DNA of 64,000 nucleotides from a virus (Duplodnaviria; Heunggongvirae; Uroviricota; Caudoviricetes): IMG/VR virus record IMGVR_UViG_3300037455_001096; one strand, 5' to 3'. Shown piece by piece: positions 54,874 to 64,000 of this stretch (position 1 is its first letter; each line of letters starts with the position of its first letter). The notes under the pieces were generated by a model. It saw only the letters and a program-made list of their open reading frames with translations, ran no database searches and was not told where the DNA came from. The position numbers and the translations under genes were made by a program.

Positions 54874-56394
54874 ATGGATAATTATGTTTTGATGTCGGAA
54901 GACTACTTGGCTTTGCGACAAGAAGAAATAGATGAAGCGAAAATGCTTGCCGAGGGTTGGAATCCATTGAAAATCTTTGGACGGAAAACGGGTGCGCTCA
55001 CGAGCCAAATGCTTGGCGGAACGAAGCGTATGGGTACGGAAACATTCAGCACGATAAACGAGAACGTCCGCATCATTGAGGAACTGATTGACAAATGGAA
55101 CGAGGAACACAAGGACAAGCCTATGTATAACGGCCCCCTTGCCTTGAAGATTGACAAGGCGAAACTCGACTTGGGTCATCTCATTTCCCTCACCTATGTG
55201 AACACGGCAACGTTTATGGCTGACATATTTGTCGGCAACCTGCTTAACTACCGTATGCTTTTCAGACCCATAAGGAACGCGAAAATCATCACGCTCGGCT
55301 ATCAGTATTACCTCGCCATCATTAGGTCTGCCCTTCAGCAGGCTCTTATCACACTCGAATTCTCTTCCGATATGTTTTTCTCGCAGTTGTCTATGTGCAT
55401 CACGAGCGGCAGGAAGAAAATGAGGGAGTTGCACGGCAGGATTTTTGACGAAGCCTATCGTTCAATGATGAACCTCATCCAAGGAACAAGGTATCAAGAC
55501 GATGACAACAAGTTCAAGAACCTCTCAAAGAAGGAGATTGAGGAAATCGGCAAACTCTACCGTTCACTTTTGCAAAACGACAAGCAGTATTTCACGCAGA
55601 TGTACGGCAACGGCAGCGGTATGAACCAAAACATATTCATTGAGAGCGGTCGCAATGTCGAGGCTCTCATACGTGCAAACCAAGACAAGGAGATACAGTC
55701 GCTCGCCGACCAATTCAATGTGTTGGCTAACACGGCAAAGCAGGAAGCGAAGGAAATGGCTTCCAACTATGTGCAGATGGTAAAAAGCGCGGCTGAATCA
55801 AGGGCGCAGAGAATCTCCGCACAAATAAATATGAATATGATTGACGTTCTCAAAATGTTCAGTCTCCGCAACTTGGAGAATTACAGTTCCATTTTCGAGA
55901 ATATGGATGACGTTGTTGAGAAAGACGATATGAAAGACAAGGAAATCGAGGAACTGAAACAGAAGTTGGAGGATATTACGAGCAGGAAAGCGAAGGACGA
56001 AGCGGAAGGTGTCAAGTTCACCGAGGAGCAGCAGGAAAAAATCCGCAAGAAATGGGATGCCAAAGGCATTGACGATTTGATTGGCGACCCAAACAAGTTC
56101 GACCAATTGGTCAGTGGTAAACTTGATATTCGTGAATATTTGAAGAAAGAGAATTTTAACGAAACACAGATTTCGAACATTGTTGACGGCGGTGACAAAG
56201 TTGACGATTACAATCACATCACACTCGCCGAACTCAAGAAATACAACCAAAAGCACGAGAGTGACCCGCTTGAACTTGTCGGTGCGAAAGGATTAACGGA
56301 CTATAAGGTCAAGGACGGCGACAGCGACAAATATGTCGGTTGGGTCAAAAAGACCACAAAGTTGTATGACAAAATTAAAACCAACGAACAATAA
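54874..56394 (+). CDS. hypothetical protein with a central coiled coil (506 aa)
   Basis: First gene of the plus structural block. A TATATTTGCGGCG promoter-like box lies ~60 nt upstream. Confidence 0.6.
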   Translation: MDNYVLMSEDYLALRQEEIDEAKMLAEGWNPLKIFGRKTGALTSQMLGGTKRMGTETFSTINENVRIIEELIDKWNEEHKDKPMYNGPLALKIDKAKLDLGHLISLTYVNTATFMADIFVGNLLNYRMLFRPIRNAKIITLGYQYYLAIIRSALQQALITLEFSSDMFFSQLSMCITSGRKKMRELHGRIFDEAYRSMMNLIQGTRYQDDDNKFKNLSKKEIEEIGKLYRSLLQNDKQYFTQMYGNGSGMNQNIFIESGRNVEALIRANQDKEIQSLADQFNVLANTAKQEAKEMASNYVQMVKSAAESRAQRISAQINMNMIDVLKMFSLRNLENYSSIFENMDDVVEKDDMKDKEIEELKQKLEDITSRKAKDEAEGVKFTEEQQEKIRKKWDAKGIDDLIGDPNKFDQLVSGKLDIREYLKKENFNETQISNIVDGGDKVDDYNHITLAELKKYNQKHESDPLELVGAKGLTDYKVKDGDSDKYVGWVKKTTKLYDKIKTNEQ

Positions 56395-56399
56395 CGATT

Positions 56400-57956
56400 A
56401 TGCACACATCATCTCTGCAAGAACTTATAAGATTTAGGGTAGAGTACGGTAGGGAACTCACCCACTCGGAAGTCGATACCAACTTCAAGAAGGTGTCGAA
56501 CCCTTGGAACGAGGAACGCAAGTATTATTCGCAGGACATCGTGTACTACGGTGACGAGAATAATATGATGTTATATCTGTATATTGATACAAATAGTAAT
56601 TTAAGGGAAGCCGACTCGACAGCACCCCCGAATAACCCATTTACTAATCACGGTGCTGATGGTGCTTGGGGTTGGATTCCAATCGGCGGAAGCGGCGGCG
56701 GTGGCGGCGGAACGCAGGGGGCGCAGGGTGCGCAGGGCGCACAAGGCACGCAGGGAATCCAAGGCATACAAGGCACGCAGGGAGTCCAAGGCATACAAGG
56801 AATCCAAGGCACGCAGGGTGCGCAGGGTTCGCAAGGTCTCCAAGGGGAGAAAGGTGCTGACGGTGTGGACGGCGTGGACGGTCAAGACGGTCAAGACGGA
56901 CAAGACGGCGAGCCTGGCGAACCTGGACTCCAAGGTGCTACGGGTGCGCAGGGTACTGCGGGCGAGGCTATGGTTTACATTGAGGAAACCGAACAGTATA
57001 TCCGTGTTTACCAAGGTGCTACGGGTGCGCAAGGTACTGCGGGCGAGGAAGGCGTGCAGGGACTTCAAGGCATACAAGGAATACAAGGAGAACAGGGCTT
57101 CCAAGGCGAACAAGGTGTCCAAGGCTTGCAAGGCGAAAAGGGCGAGGCATTCGTTTTCCAAGGCGAGCAGGCTATCCAAATCGTGCAGGGCGTGCAGGGT
57201 CTCCAAGGTGTTCAAGGTGAGCAGGGCGACCAAGGCATACAAGGCATAAAGGGTGAGTACGCGGCGCAGGGTGTTCAAGGTGTCGAGGGAATCCAAGGTC
57301 TTGAAGGCGAGCAGGGAATCCAAGGCATACAAGGAACGCAAGGCGAGCGTGGATTGCAGGGCAATGACGGATTCGGCGGCGAGCAGGGCATACAAGGTGT
57401 GCAGGGTGTGCAAGGCGAGACGGGAGCAGGAGAGGTCGGTCCAGCGGGCCCCCAAGGTTTGCAGGGTGTCCAAGGCACGCAGGGCATACAAGGCATACAA
57501 GGTCTTATAGGCTTGGGCAAGTCCGTTTATGACATTTGGGTCGAGACAATGCAACCTACCGACCCGTCATTCGAAAACTTCCTTCACACAATTCAAGGTG
57601 TGCAAGGCGCAAGCGGAAAGAACGGAAGCGGCGGAGGCGGCGGCTGCGGATGCGGCTGCGGATGCGGCGGCGATGACTGCGAAGTGAACGAAACTATGAC
57701 CCAACTCGTTCCCCCTGGCGAAACTATGACATTTGACTTTTCCGACATACTTTATGAATATTGGAATGACAATATCCAAATGTTTTTGAATAAGGTTATG
57801 CCGCAAGATACATTTACACTCATTGAAACTGGATTGGAATTCGAAAACAAGTCAACCGATGACATTGCAGTTGTGTCTGTCGCATATTCGTATTTTAGGT
57901 CGGGCAACTATATATTGATTTCGCCAACAGTGTATGAAAAACCACCACATATTTAA
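56400..57956 (+). CDS. collagen-like triple-helix repeat protein (tail fibre), 518 aa
   Basis: ~280 aa of uninterrupted Gly-X-Y triplets ([16 protein letters not shown] ... GEQGIQG) with short breaks, a [16 protein letters not shown] Cys-Gly cluster, and a globular C-terminus. Confidence 0.8.
   Translation: MHTSSLQELIRFRVEYGRELTHSEVDTNFKKVSNPWNEERKYYSQDIVYYGDENNMMLYLYIDTNSNLREADSTAPPNNPFTNHGADGAWGWIPIGGSGGGGGGTQGAQGAQGAQGTQGIQGIQGTQGVQGIQGIQGTQGAQGSQGLQGEKGADGVDGVDGQDGQDGQDGEPGEPGLQGATGAQGTAGEAMVYIEETEQYIRVYQGATGAQGTAGEEGVQGLQGIQGIQGEQGFQGEQGVQGLQGEKGEAFVFQGEQAIQIVQGVQGLQGVQGEQGDQGIQGIKGEYAAQGVQGVEGIQGLEGEQGIQGIQGTQGERGLQGNDGFGGEQGIQGVQGVQGETGAGEVGPAGPQGLQGVQGTQGIQGIQGLIGLGKSVYDIWVETMQPTDPSFENFLHTIQGVQGASGKNGSGGGGGCGCGCGCGGDDCEVNETMTQLVPPGETMTFDFSDILYEYWNDNIQMFLNKVMPQDTFTLIETGLEFENKSTDDIAVVSVAYSYFRSGNYILISPTVYEKPPHI
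56701..57500 (+). repeat. 9-bp periodic nucleotide repeat encoding the Gly-X-Gln triplets
   Basis: Reiterated caaggcatacaaggaatccaaggcacgcagggt-type units, which are prone to slippage and recombination. Confidence 0.7.
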
Positions 57957-57971
57957 TAAAAGGAAGGCATT

Positions 57972-58919
57972 ATGGCAGATTCAAAGAATAAAAACAGAAA
58001 TACTGTTCAGTGGAAAAGCGAATTCATTAGGGTTTCGGAAACGCAGTTGCAGATGTCGCTGACGGGGACGTTCTATCCCTATGATTTCAGAAAGCAGAAT
58101 CTGAACATCATAAGCCGCCCGATTGGTGACGCTGCGACAAACGAGGCTATGCACAATTTTCTCGACAACCAACACGGCAACTTCGTTTTTTGCACGTTAT
58201 ACAACTACGCGCCGTTTGTGTTTCTGAAGTCTGACGAGCAGGGGCATTTTCCGAATGTCAAGGAATATGCTTTCAGTGAACTTCTGCCCGATGAAATAAA
58301 AATTTCACCGACTTGGTTGGTTGACGGCGTTGACATAAACGACAATAAAGAATTGTTCCTCTATAACAATCTCATTGGCGCGGCTGAAAAATTCGTCACA
58401 GCCAACGAAGCGTGGTACAACACATATATGGGCGAGGGGTTGAAATTCCATTATGCAATAGACACCTGCTTGTTTTTCAACGCAAAGGTTATGTCCAATG
58501 CGGTTGGCGGTGACGGCTCGGTCGTTGACAATTTCAACGAGATACTCCTTGACATCAAGGCGGGCGGTGAATCATACGACAGATATCTCCTATATCCGCA
58601 AACCGAAAAGCCGTACACGGTCAGAATCACGAAAATGGTGGAACTGCCCGATGAGGACAGGACATACGCTATGTGCTATGTGAACCCGTTTGCCGAATAC
58701 CCGATAAAGGATATATACTATGTTGACAAAAAGCACACGCCCACACATCACAAATACTATATCATAGACAACAATTCACTCAACTATACAAGCGGTTACG
58801 CGAACTTCGTCATCGAGGACAGTGTTTCACCCGCCAAGATGACAGTAACCACAAAGAACAAGAAATACAAAAGAAAGAAAGCGGCGATAGCATTTAAGGT
58901 AAAACGCATAATTGAATAA
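57972..58919 (+). CDS. hypothetical structural protein (315 aa)
   Basis: A ribosome-binding site (AAAGGAAGG) lies upstream. Placed between the fibre gene and the giant gene. Confidence 0.55.
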   Translation: MADSKNKNRNTVQWKSEFIRVSETQLQMSLTGTFYPYDFRKQNLNIISRPIGDAATNEAMHNFLDNQHGNFVFCTLYNYAPFVFLKSDEQGHFPNVKEYAFSELLPDEIKISPTWLVDGVDINDNKELFLYNNLIGAAEKFVTANEAWYNTYMGEGLKFHYAIDTCLFFNAKVMSNAVGGDGSVVDNFNEILLDIKAGGESYDRYLLYPQTEKPYTVRITKMVELPDEDRTYAMCYVNPFAEYPIKDIYYVDKKHTPTHHKYYIIDNNSLNYTSGYANFVIEDSVSPAKMTVTTKNKKYKRKKAAIAFKVKRIIE

Positions 58920-61900
58920 TGGACGCACAAGTAAAAGATTTAATGTTTTTTGACAAAAGGGGAAGGAACTACGGATTCGTGTATGACGAAAGCACGAATC
59001 TGTGGGGAGGCAGCATATTAATCGACAGCGTGTCCCGTGGCTTGTTTGAAACAGAGAAGATTGTGCTTTTGCAAAGATACCTGCTGAAAGAGGAGGCATT
59101 CGAAATGGACGGCACAAGTCTTGTGAACCCAATCGACACATATACCTATGGCAAGCCGAGCGGCAACCAAGATGAATGCTATGTGTTTGAATGGGACGAC
59201 AGCACGAAGGAGGTTGACGAGATACGGCTCTATGGAATAGATGACAATCCTTGCGAGCAGACACCCGACACGTCCTCTTTGACTTACAACGAATATACCT
59301 GCCCGCAAATCGAATTCGCGGACAGTTTTGTCGTGAACTGCATCCAAGTGAATGATACACAAACACAGTTCACCCCTTACCATACCGACCCAAACGACCA
59401 AGACAGCCCGCTTGTTTACGGATATGATTACACATACGATGCAATCGACCCCGATAACATAGAGGCGACAATCATCGACATCTGCTTCTGCAATGTGGAT
59501 GACCAATACAATACATTCAGACGCGACCTTATGCTATACAAGGGCATTATAGGAAGTGACGCTGAAGGAAACACAATTATCACAAACAAGGAACTTGTCG
59601 GCGTGTTCAATGTGTATGCGGAATCATTGGAAGAGGACGAAAGGCTTACCACAATGTGCGAGAACCTCGGCTATGACATCAACAACGCCGACTTCAGCAT
59701 ATTCAAGGATACCGACATCAAGGAGCAACTCATAGACTATGACTTCATAAACCAAAAGCGCAAGGAGATTCTTATGGAGGGTCACAACATATACCCGTAC
59801 ATAGGTTCTTACAAATCCGTGCTTAACGCCATACGCTTTTTCGGATACGACAATGTTTCGATAAAGGAATGGTGGAAGAACGTCAACGTCAACTCGCAGG
59901 ACTACGGCAAGTATTTCCTTGCCACGAGTTATTCGCTTGAAAACAACGAAATCATAAAAGGCAAGACGAACATAACGCTTCCGAACAAGAATTTCAGAAA
60001 ATTGCCGAAGATAACGCTTGCCTACAAGATAAACAGCGTTAGCAAAACGCAGGATGCCGAATCCTCATATCACGGACACGGTTATCCGCAGACGGACGAA
60101 TCGTTCACGTACACAATAGAGGAAGCCGTTATCAAACTATACGGACTCAAAAGGAAACTTGACAAAGAGTTCCTTCCGTTATCAACGAAGATTGTGGATA
60201 TTGTCGGCGAGGCTGACGCTTTCTATGCGAACATTCTCACACACACAGCAACAACGAATATCACGGAAAACGCTTATGTCGGAAACAAGGTTGATTTCGA
60301 CATAGAGAACGGCGATGAGGAAAACACATTCTATTTGGAGGACTTGCGCCCGTTTGGATTGTATTCCTTGGAAGACCCGAATTTCGGCGGCGACAATATG
60401 GTTGGCGAATCTTCGGACACACCGCATTATATAGGAGGAACGCCTCCTACAAAATCGTTGATTACGGCGAACCCGAACCCGTCTTTGCAGGAACTCGGTT
60501 TGCAGATGGTTACAGACTTCAACACAAACTACGAAGACAGCACAGACACGCCTTCGGGCGTTCAGATGCTTATGTCCTCACCGATTCCCGTTGCTGGTGA
60601 CTTGGGCGACATAGCGGGTTTACCATCGGTCTATACCGATGCCACACCGCCAAACGAGGCATATCCGAAAGTGATGCGCGGCGTGAACCACGAGGTGAAA
60701 GGATGGGATTTCTACAAATATTACTTGGGCGACCTTGAACAGCAGGGTCATACCCATACGAACTACTATCTCGCCCATTTCAGCGACTATTATCCAAATC
60801 TGAAATACAATGCAGTACCCGCCAACACGTTTGACTATGACAGCGCGGAGTATCTTCCCGACACGGAATATGCCGTATCGGGTGCGCTTGTGCGCCTCGT
60901 ATTCAGAAACGGCGAGATTTGTTCGAGGATAAAATGGGACATTTACAAGAGCGCGGGCGACACGGAAGAATTCCACGCGCAGATATTCGGTATGTTCAGC
61001 GATGGATACGGCGACATAGGCGTTGTCCTGCCTTATGTCGGAACATACGATGTCGTTATGACCGTTTACGGTTTCGACAACTCAATCTCCGTCAAGACAA
61101 AACAGAACTGCATAAAGGTTTTGCCGAAGGAGGTTGAGTTCACGGGTTGGTGTGTTATGGCTCGCCAATATTGTGATTGGAACACTGATATTTGTTGGGA
61201 TGACGCTAACTTCGAGTGGAGGCTTCCGATAATTAACGGGACTTCTATGAACGACATTAGGAGTGCTTCATACGAAAGTATGGATAGGGCGACTTTCATT
61301 GGGGACTATATCGAGGAAACCGACCCAGACATAACGATGTATGCCTACGAGTTTGAGGATGCATACATTGGCATACAAGGCATAACCGAGCCGCTTGGCT
61401 ACGGTGCGCGTCTTGTTTCGCCTGGTCCTTATTTTTGGAACAACATATCCGAATGCTCTTGGGACGACCTCGACCATCTGTGGTGGGACGCTATGTGCAT
61501 CAGCGGCGACCTGCCCGCATATATCGAATTCGGTTATTTCGATATGAACGGAAACAACGTCAGTTCCCCCGATGGCAGCGACACCTTGCTTGGCAATTGG
61601 TTGGAGATTGTCAGCGCGGACTATAGATACGGCTCTTTCAGATTCCCGTCATCACCAACGGGCGGCTTGACGCAGATGTCGGAAATGGTTAGACTGCTCA
61701 ATGAGTCAACCGACCCCGTTATAAGCAGATACCATTATTCTTGGATTTACGACTACACGGGAAACGGCAACGGCGATGCCGACATTGCCGCAAACGAGCC
61801 TATTGGATTCAAGATTGTCGGTGTGGCGAAAGCCGTGAACAGAACGGCTGACATACTTTATGCGGGCATTGTTGACGCATCGCACCACGCAACATCGTTT

Positions 61901-62257
61901 GAGGGCGAACTCGTCATTCAGAACAACGACACCAATCCGCAGCGCGGTCAGTTCAGATACGCATCGAACACTCTCGCGTACAATCCGAATTGGATGAACT
62001 GCGTGTGCATAAACAACGTCACAAGAATTCCGAGATACACCGATGTGAACTTCAACTATTCAAATTGCAGGATTGTCGGAAAGAAGAATCCGCGTTGGAA
62101 GATAACCAATCTCAACACGGGAACTGTGTACGAGTGTGACAAAAAGAATTTCCACAGACTGTTCAGAGAACGCGGCTGCTACGAGGTTGCGCTTACGCTC
62201 AATGACAACAACGGCAACACATATACGGCAAAACGGAATATGCTTATAATAGAATAA
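58919..62257 (+). CDS. large structural / tail protein (1112 aa)
   Basis: Uninterrupted ORF whose start overlaps the upstream stop (TAATG). No motif recognised. Confidence 0.7.
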   Translation: MDAQVKDLMFFDKRGRNYGFVYDESTNLWGGSILIDSVSRGLFETEKIVLLQRYLLKEEAFEMDGTSLVNPIDTYTYGKPSGNQDECYVFEWDDSTKEVDEIRLYGIDDNPCEQTPDTSSLTYNEYTCPQIEFADSFVVNCIQVNDTQTQFTPYHTDPNDQDSPLVYGYDYTYDAIDPDNIEATIIDICFCNVDDQYNTFRRDLMLYKGIIGSDAEGNTIITNKELVGVFNVYAESLEEDERLTTMCENLGYDINNADFSIFKDTDIKEQLIDYDFINQKRKEILMEGHNIYPYIGSYKSVLNAIRFFGYDNVSIKEWWKNVNVNSQDYGKYFLATSYSLENNEIIKGKTNITLPNKNFRKLPKITLAYKINSVSKTQDAESSYHGHGYPQTDESFTYTIEEAVIKLYGLKRKLDKEFLPLSTKIVDIVGEADAFYANILTHTATTNITENAYVGNKVDFDIENGDEENTFYLEDLRPFGLYSLEDPNFGGDNMVGESSDTPHYIGGTPPTKSLITANPNPSLQELGLQMVTDFNTNYEDSTDTPSGVQMLMSSPIPVAGDLGDIAGLPSVYTDATPPNEAYPKVMRGVNHEVKGWDFYKYYLGDLEQQGHTHTNYYLAHFSDYYPNLKYNAVPANTFDYDSAEYLPDTEYAVSGALVRLVFRNGEICSRIKWDIYKSAGDTEEFHAQIFGMFSDGYGDIGVVLPYVGTYDVVMTVYGFDNSISVKTKQNCIKVLPKEVEFTGWCVMARQYCDWNTDICWDDANFEWRLPIINGTSMNDIRSASYESMDRATFIGDYIEETDPDITMYAYEFEDAYIGIQGITEPLGYGARLVSPGPYFWNNISECSWDDLDHLWWDAMCISGDLPAYIEFGYFDMNGNNVSSPDGSDTLLGNWLEIVSADYRYGSFRFPSSPTGGLTQMSEMVRLLNESTDPVISRYHYSWIYDYTGNGNGDADIAANEPIGFKIVGVAKAVNRTADILYAGIVDASHHATSFEGELVIQNNDTNPQRGQFRYASNTLAYNPNWMNCVCINNVTRIPRYTDVNFNYSNCRIVGKKNPRWKITNLNTGTVYECDKKNFHRLFRERGCYEVALTLNDNNGNTYTAKRNMLIIE

Positions 62258-62606
62258 CGGAATTATCCCTTTGGTCTTGTAAGAAATTTTGAAAAATGTC
62301 ATATATAAATATATTAAGTGTATGTAGTTTTTTTTTTTGAAGTATTGGTATTGTAGTTTTATACTAAATTAAAAACAAACTGACTTGTAAAAGTAAAACC
62401 AAGAAAGTTAGATGACATAGGTCAGTAGAAGACCTTAAAACATCGGTGAGAAACACCGAGTACAGTCGTGAAGTTATAGACAAACCAAGTGGAACACTCA
62501 AATTAACTATGACTGCTTGGATAACAGTGAAGCGATTATTGAACTTGAAATCTTAATAAATATTACAAGATTAAAAGGGATAATTCCGATAGAATAATTC
62601 AGAACT

Positions 62607-62795
62607 ATGTGTGAAACAATGAATCCGAATGTCCCCGCAGGAAGTATGGGGGAGATAAAGTTCCCGCAAGACGGAGAATATGGCAGCGGTGATGTGGTAG
62701 CGACACCCGCCCCGAAAAAGAAGAAACGTGTTCATAAGCAGAAACCTGCTCAAACCGTTATGAATTTTGATGAGTTTGTGAAAGCAAATAAATAA
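62607..62795 (+). CDS. small basic protein (62 aa) ending in a leader-like fragment
   Basis: Ends ...VMNFDEFVKANK-stop, which resembles the N-terminus of the next gene (MSKILKLDEFTKINE). Confidence 0.3.
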   Translation: MCETMNPNVPAGSMGEIKFPQDGEYGSGDVVATPAPKKKKRVHKQKPAQTVMNFDEFVKANK

Positions 62796-62822
62796 TATTG
62801 TAATTTATAAAAAAAGAAATAT

Positions 62823-63584
62823 ATGAGTAAAATACTGAAACTTGACGAGTTTACAAAGATAAACGAGACGAGGGTTATGCCCGAAGAAAATCCAAAAGGG
62901 TTTGAAATCGTTAAAAACGCCGTTAGAGACGCTGACGGTAACTCTTATGACGGTATCAAAATCAACGGTAAACTGTGGATGGCATCCAACTTGATGACAA
63001 CCAAGTTCAACGATGGTACTGAAATTGGAAGATTTGCTGATAGTGAGGTTGGAACTAAACCTTATTTTGAATATCCGAAAATTAGTAAGTCTGAATTGAA
63101 AAATTACGGATTGCATTATAATTTTATGGCGGTTGATACCAAGATGCTTGCTCCAATCGGTTGGCACGTGCCTTCCAAAGAAGAATGGGAGGATTTGTTT
63201 GACTTTATTGCCAAGTTCCCCGAATACAATAACAACATAGACCGCAAACGCTACAATGATGTTGAAATAGCCAAAGCAATGTGTTCAAAGGTTGGGTGGC
63301 AAAAGGGAATAGGAGTGAATAAAAACGCGATAGGTGATGACCCGCAGTTGAACAACGCCACGGGATTCAATATCTACCCCTCTGGCTCCTTTGGCATTGA
63401 AGGCAAAACGGGGTATAGTGAGGTTGACGGAGTTCACGCTTATTTGTGGAGCAGTACACCGCTCGGAAAGACGAAATTTGAAAGTCACGCATTTGCGGTG
63501 CATACCCTTTTCAACTGGCCCTACTTCAACATTGACGGCTACTACAAGGAACTTGGTATATGCGTTAGATGTGTGAAAGATTAA
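62823..63584 (+). CDS. Fibrobacter-succinogenes-major-paralogous (FISUMP) domain protein with a leader-like N-terminus
   Basis: GKLWMASNL, YGLHYNF, GWHVPSKEEWEDL, LWSSTP and a C-terminal VRCVKD are TIGR02145-type hallmarks. The N-terminus MSKILKLDEFTKINE resembles the leader. Confidence 0.7.
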   Translation: MSKILKLDEFTKINETRVMPEENPKGFEIVKNAVRDADGNSYDGIKINGKLWMASNLMTTKFNDGTEIGRFADSEVGTKPYFEYPKISKSELKNYGLHYNFMAVDTKMLAPIGWHVPSKEEWEDLFDFIAKFPEYNNNIDRKRYNDVEIAKAMCSKVGWQKGIGVNKNAIGDDPQLNNATGFNIYPSGSFGIEGKTGYSEVDGVHAYLWSSTPLGKTKFESHAFAVHTLFNWPYFNIDGYYKELGICVRCVKD

Positions 63585-63607
63585 GGTAAGTAAACCACGA
63601 CTTATAT

Positions 63608-63648
63608 AAACGGCGATGTATTTGATATGTCGCCGTTATTTGTTTGTG
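63608..63648 (+). terminator. rho-independent terminator
   Basis: aacggcga...tcgccgtt stem with G-U wobble extension, followed by ATTTGTTTGT. Confidence 0.55.
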
Positions 63649-63700
63649 CGCACGGGATAAATATATATATAGTTTATAAATATAAGAAAGAATATTGATT

Positions 63701-64000
63701 ATGAGACAAGACTACTATCATAACGGCCCGTTTGACATAAGTGAGGCGGGATTTACCGATGGCGGTAAAGAAGTAATTGAAATTGTTGACTATGGTTTGC
63801 CCGATGATGGAGAGGGTTATGAGGAAGGTGTGCAGGGCGCACAAGGAATCCAAGGTGTGCAGGGTGCTAATGGGGGCGGCGGAGGCGGCGGCTCACAAGG
63901 CACACAAGGTATTCAAGGCATTCAAGGCTTGCAGGGCGAACAAGGAATCCAAGGTGAACAAGGAATCCAAGGTGTTCAAGGTCAACAAGGAATCCAAGGT
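63701..64000 (+). CDS. collagen-like repeat protein, 5' partial (runs off the window end)
   Basis: ATG at 63701, then [43 protein letters not shown]... with no stop before the window end. Confidence 0.6.
   Translation, partial: MRQDYYHNGPFDISEAGFTDGGKEVIEIVDYGLPDDGEGYEEGVQGAQGIQGVQGANGGGGGGGSQGTQGIQGIQGLQGEQGIQGEQGIQGVQGQQGIQG

Noticed and set aside
56601-57554. Alternative-frame ORFs over the collagen-like repeats (56601..57554 minus, 56653..57249 plus)
   Set aside because: These are artefacts of the 9-bp periodicity. Only the Gly-X-Y frame gives a sensible protein.
62258-62606. tRNA gene in the ORF-free region
   Set aside because: No acceptor, D-arm or T-loop (GTTCRANYC) arrangement could be built by eye.
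1-64000. Stop-codon reassignment (TAG or TGA recoding), as seen in some gut phages
   Set aside because: Multi-kilobase ORFs are intact under the standard code, and genes end cleanly at TAA, TGA or TAG next to terminators.
1-64000. A prophage boundary or integrase
   Set aside because: No tyrosine or serine recombinase motifs, no tRNA and no attachment-like direct repeats were seen. The window is entirely phage-like.

Overview
This 64-kb window looks like part of a large double-stranded DNA phage genome, probably infecting a Bacteroidota host. The host guess rests on Bacteroides-type TAnnTTTG -7 boxes, a Fibrobacter-succinogenes-major-paralogous domain and a GH108 endolysin. Genes sit in long co-directional blocks with tight or overlapping junctions and clear rho-independent terminators at block boundaries. 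No integrase, tRNA, rRNA or CRISPR array was found, and long ORFs are intact under the standard genetic code.

Modules, in order: (1) 133-3101 (+): small genes of unknown function ending in a dUTPase. (2) 3197-16469 (-): a collagen-like tail fibre, a nucleoside-deoxyribosyltransferase/DNPH1-like plus metallophosphoesterase fusion, a GT2-like glycosyltransferase, a PD-(D/E)XK nuclease, a guanylate-kinase-like kinase, an HNH homing endonuclease, a GH108 endolysin and one LRR-family member. (3) 16764-26700 (+): a structural block with two giant proteins of 1245 and 1658 aa. (4) 26923-34102 (+): a membrane or acidic-repeat protein with a probable frameshift site, a T5orf172 domain protein, a GMP-reductase (GuaC)-like enzyme, a VWA protein, an adenylosuccinate-synthetase (PurA/PurZ)-family enzyme, a DUF551 protein and a small HD-like protein. 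(5) 34591-39385 and 46118-52567 (-): two tandem arrays of one expanded paralogous family. Members share a conserved roughly 20-aa N-terminal leader (MKILNxxEYxxEKLNIKPI) fused to variable 22-aa LRR-like repeat arrays or to unrelated domains. (6) 39904-46030 (+): an SSB-like protein, small genes behind a thrice-repeated roughly 75-bp promoter/operator cassette, and a flotillin/SPFH protein. (7) 52576-64000: a CapA-like metallophosphatase, collagen-like Gly-X-Y tail fibre genes, a 1112-aa structural protein and a FISUMP-domain protein.

Two things stand out. First, a phage-borne purine-rerouting set (GuaC-like, PurA/PurZ-like, Gmk-like, HD-like, DNPH1-like) is compatible either with a 2-aminoadenine (Z-base) DNA pathway or with a GMP-to-AMP shunt. 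Second, the leader-tagged LRR multigene family, including a triple-module fusion gene, has the shape of a recombining cargo or effector repertoire.

All calls come from motif recognition by eye. No database search was run, so family assignments are provisional.
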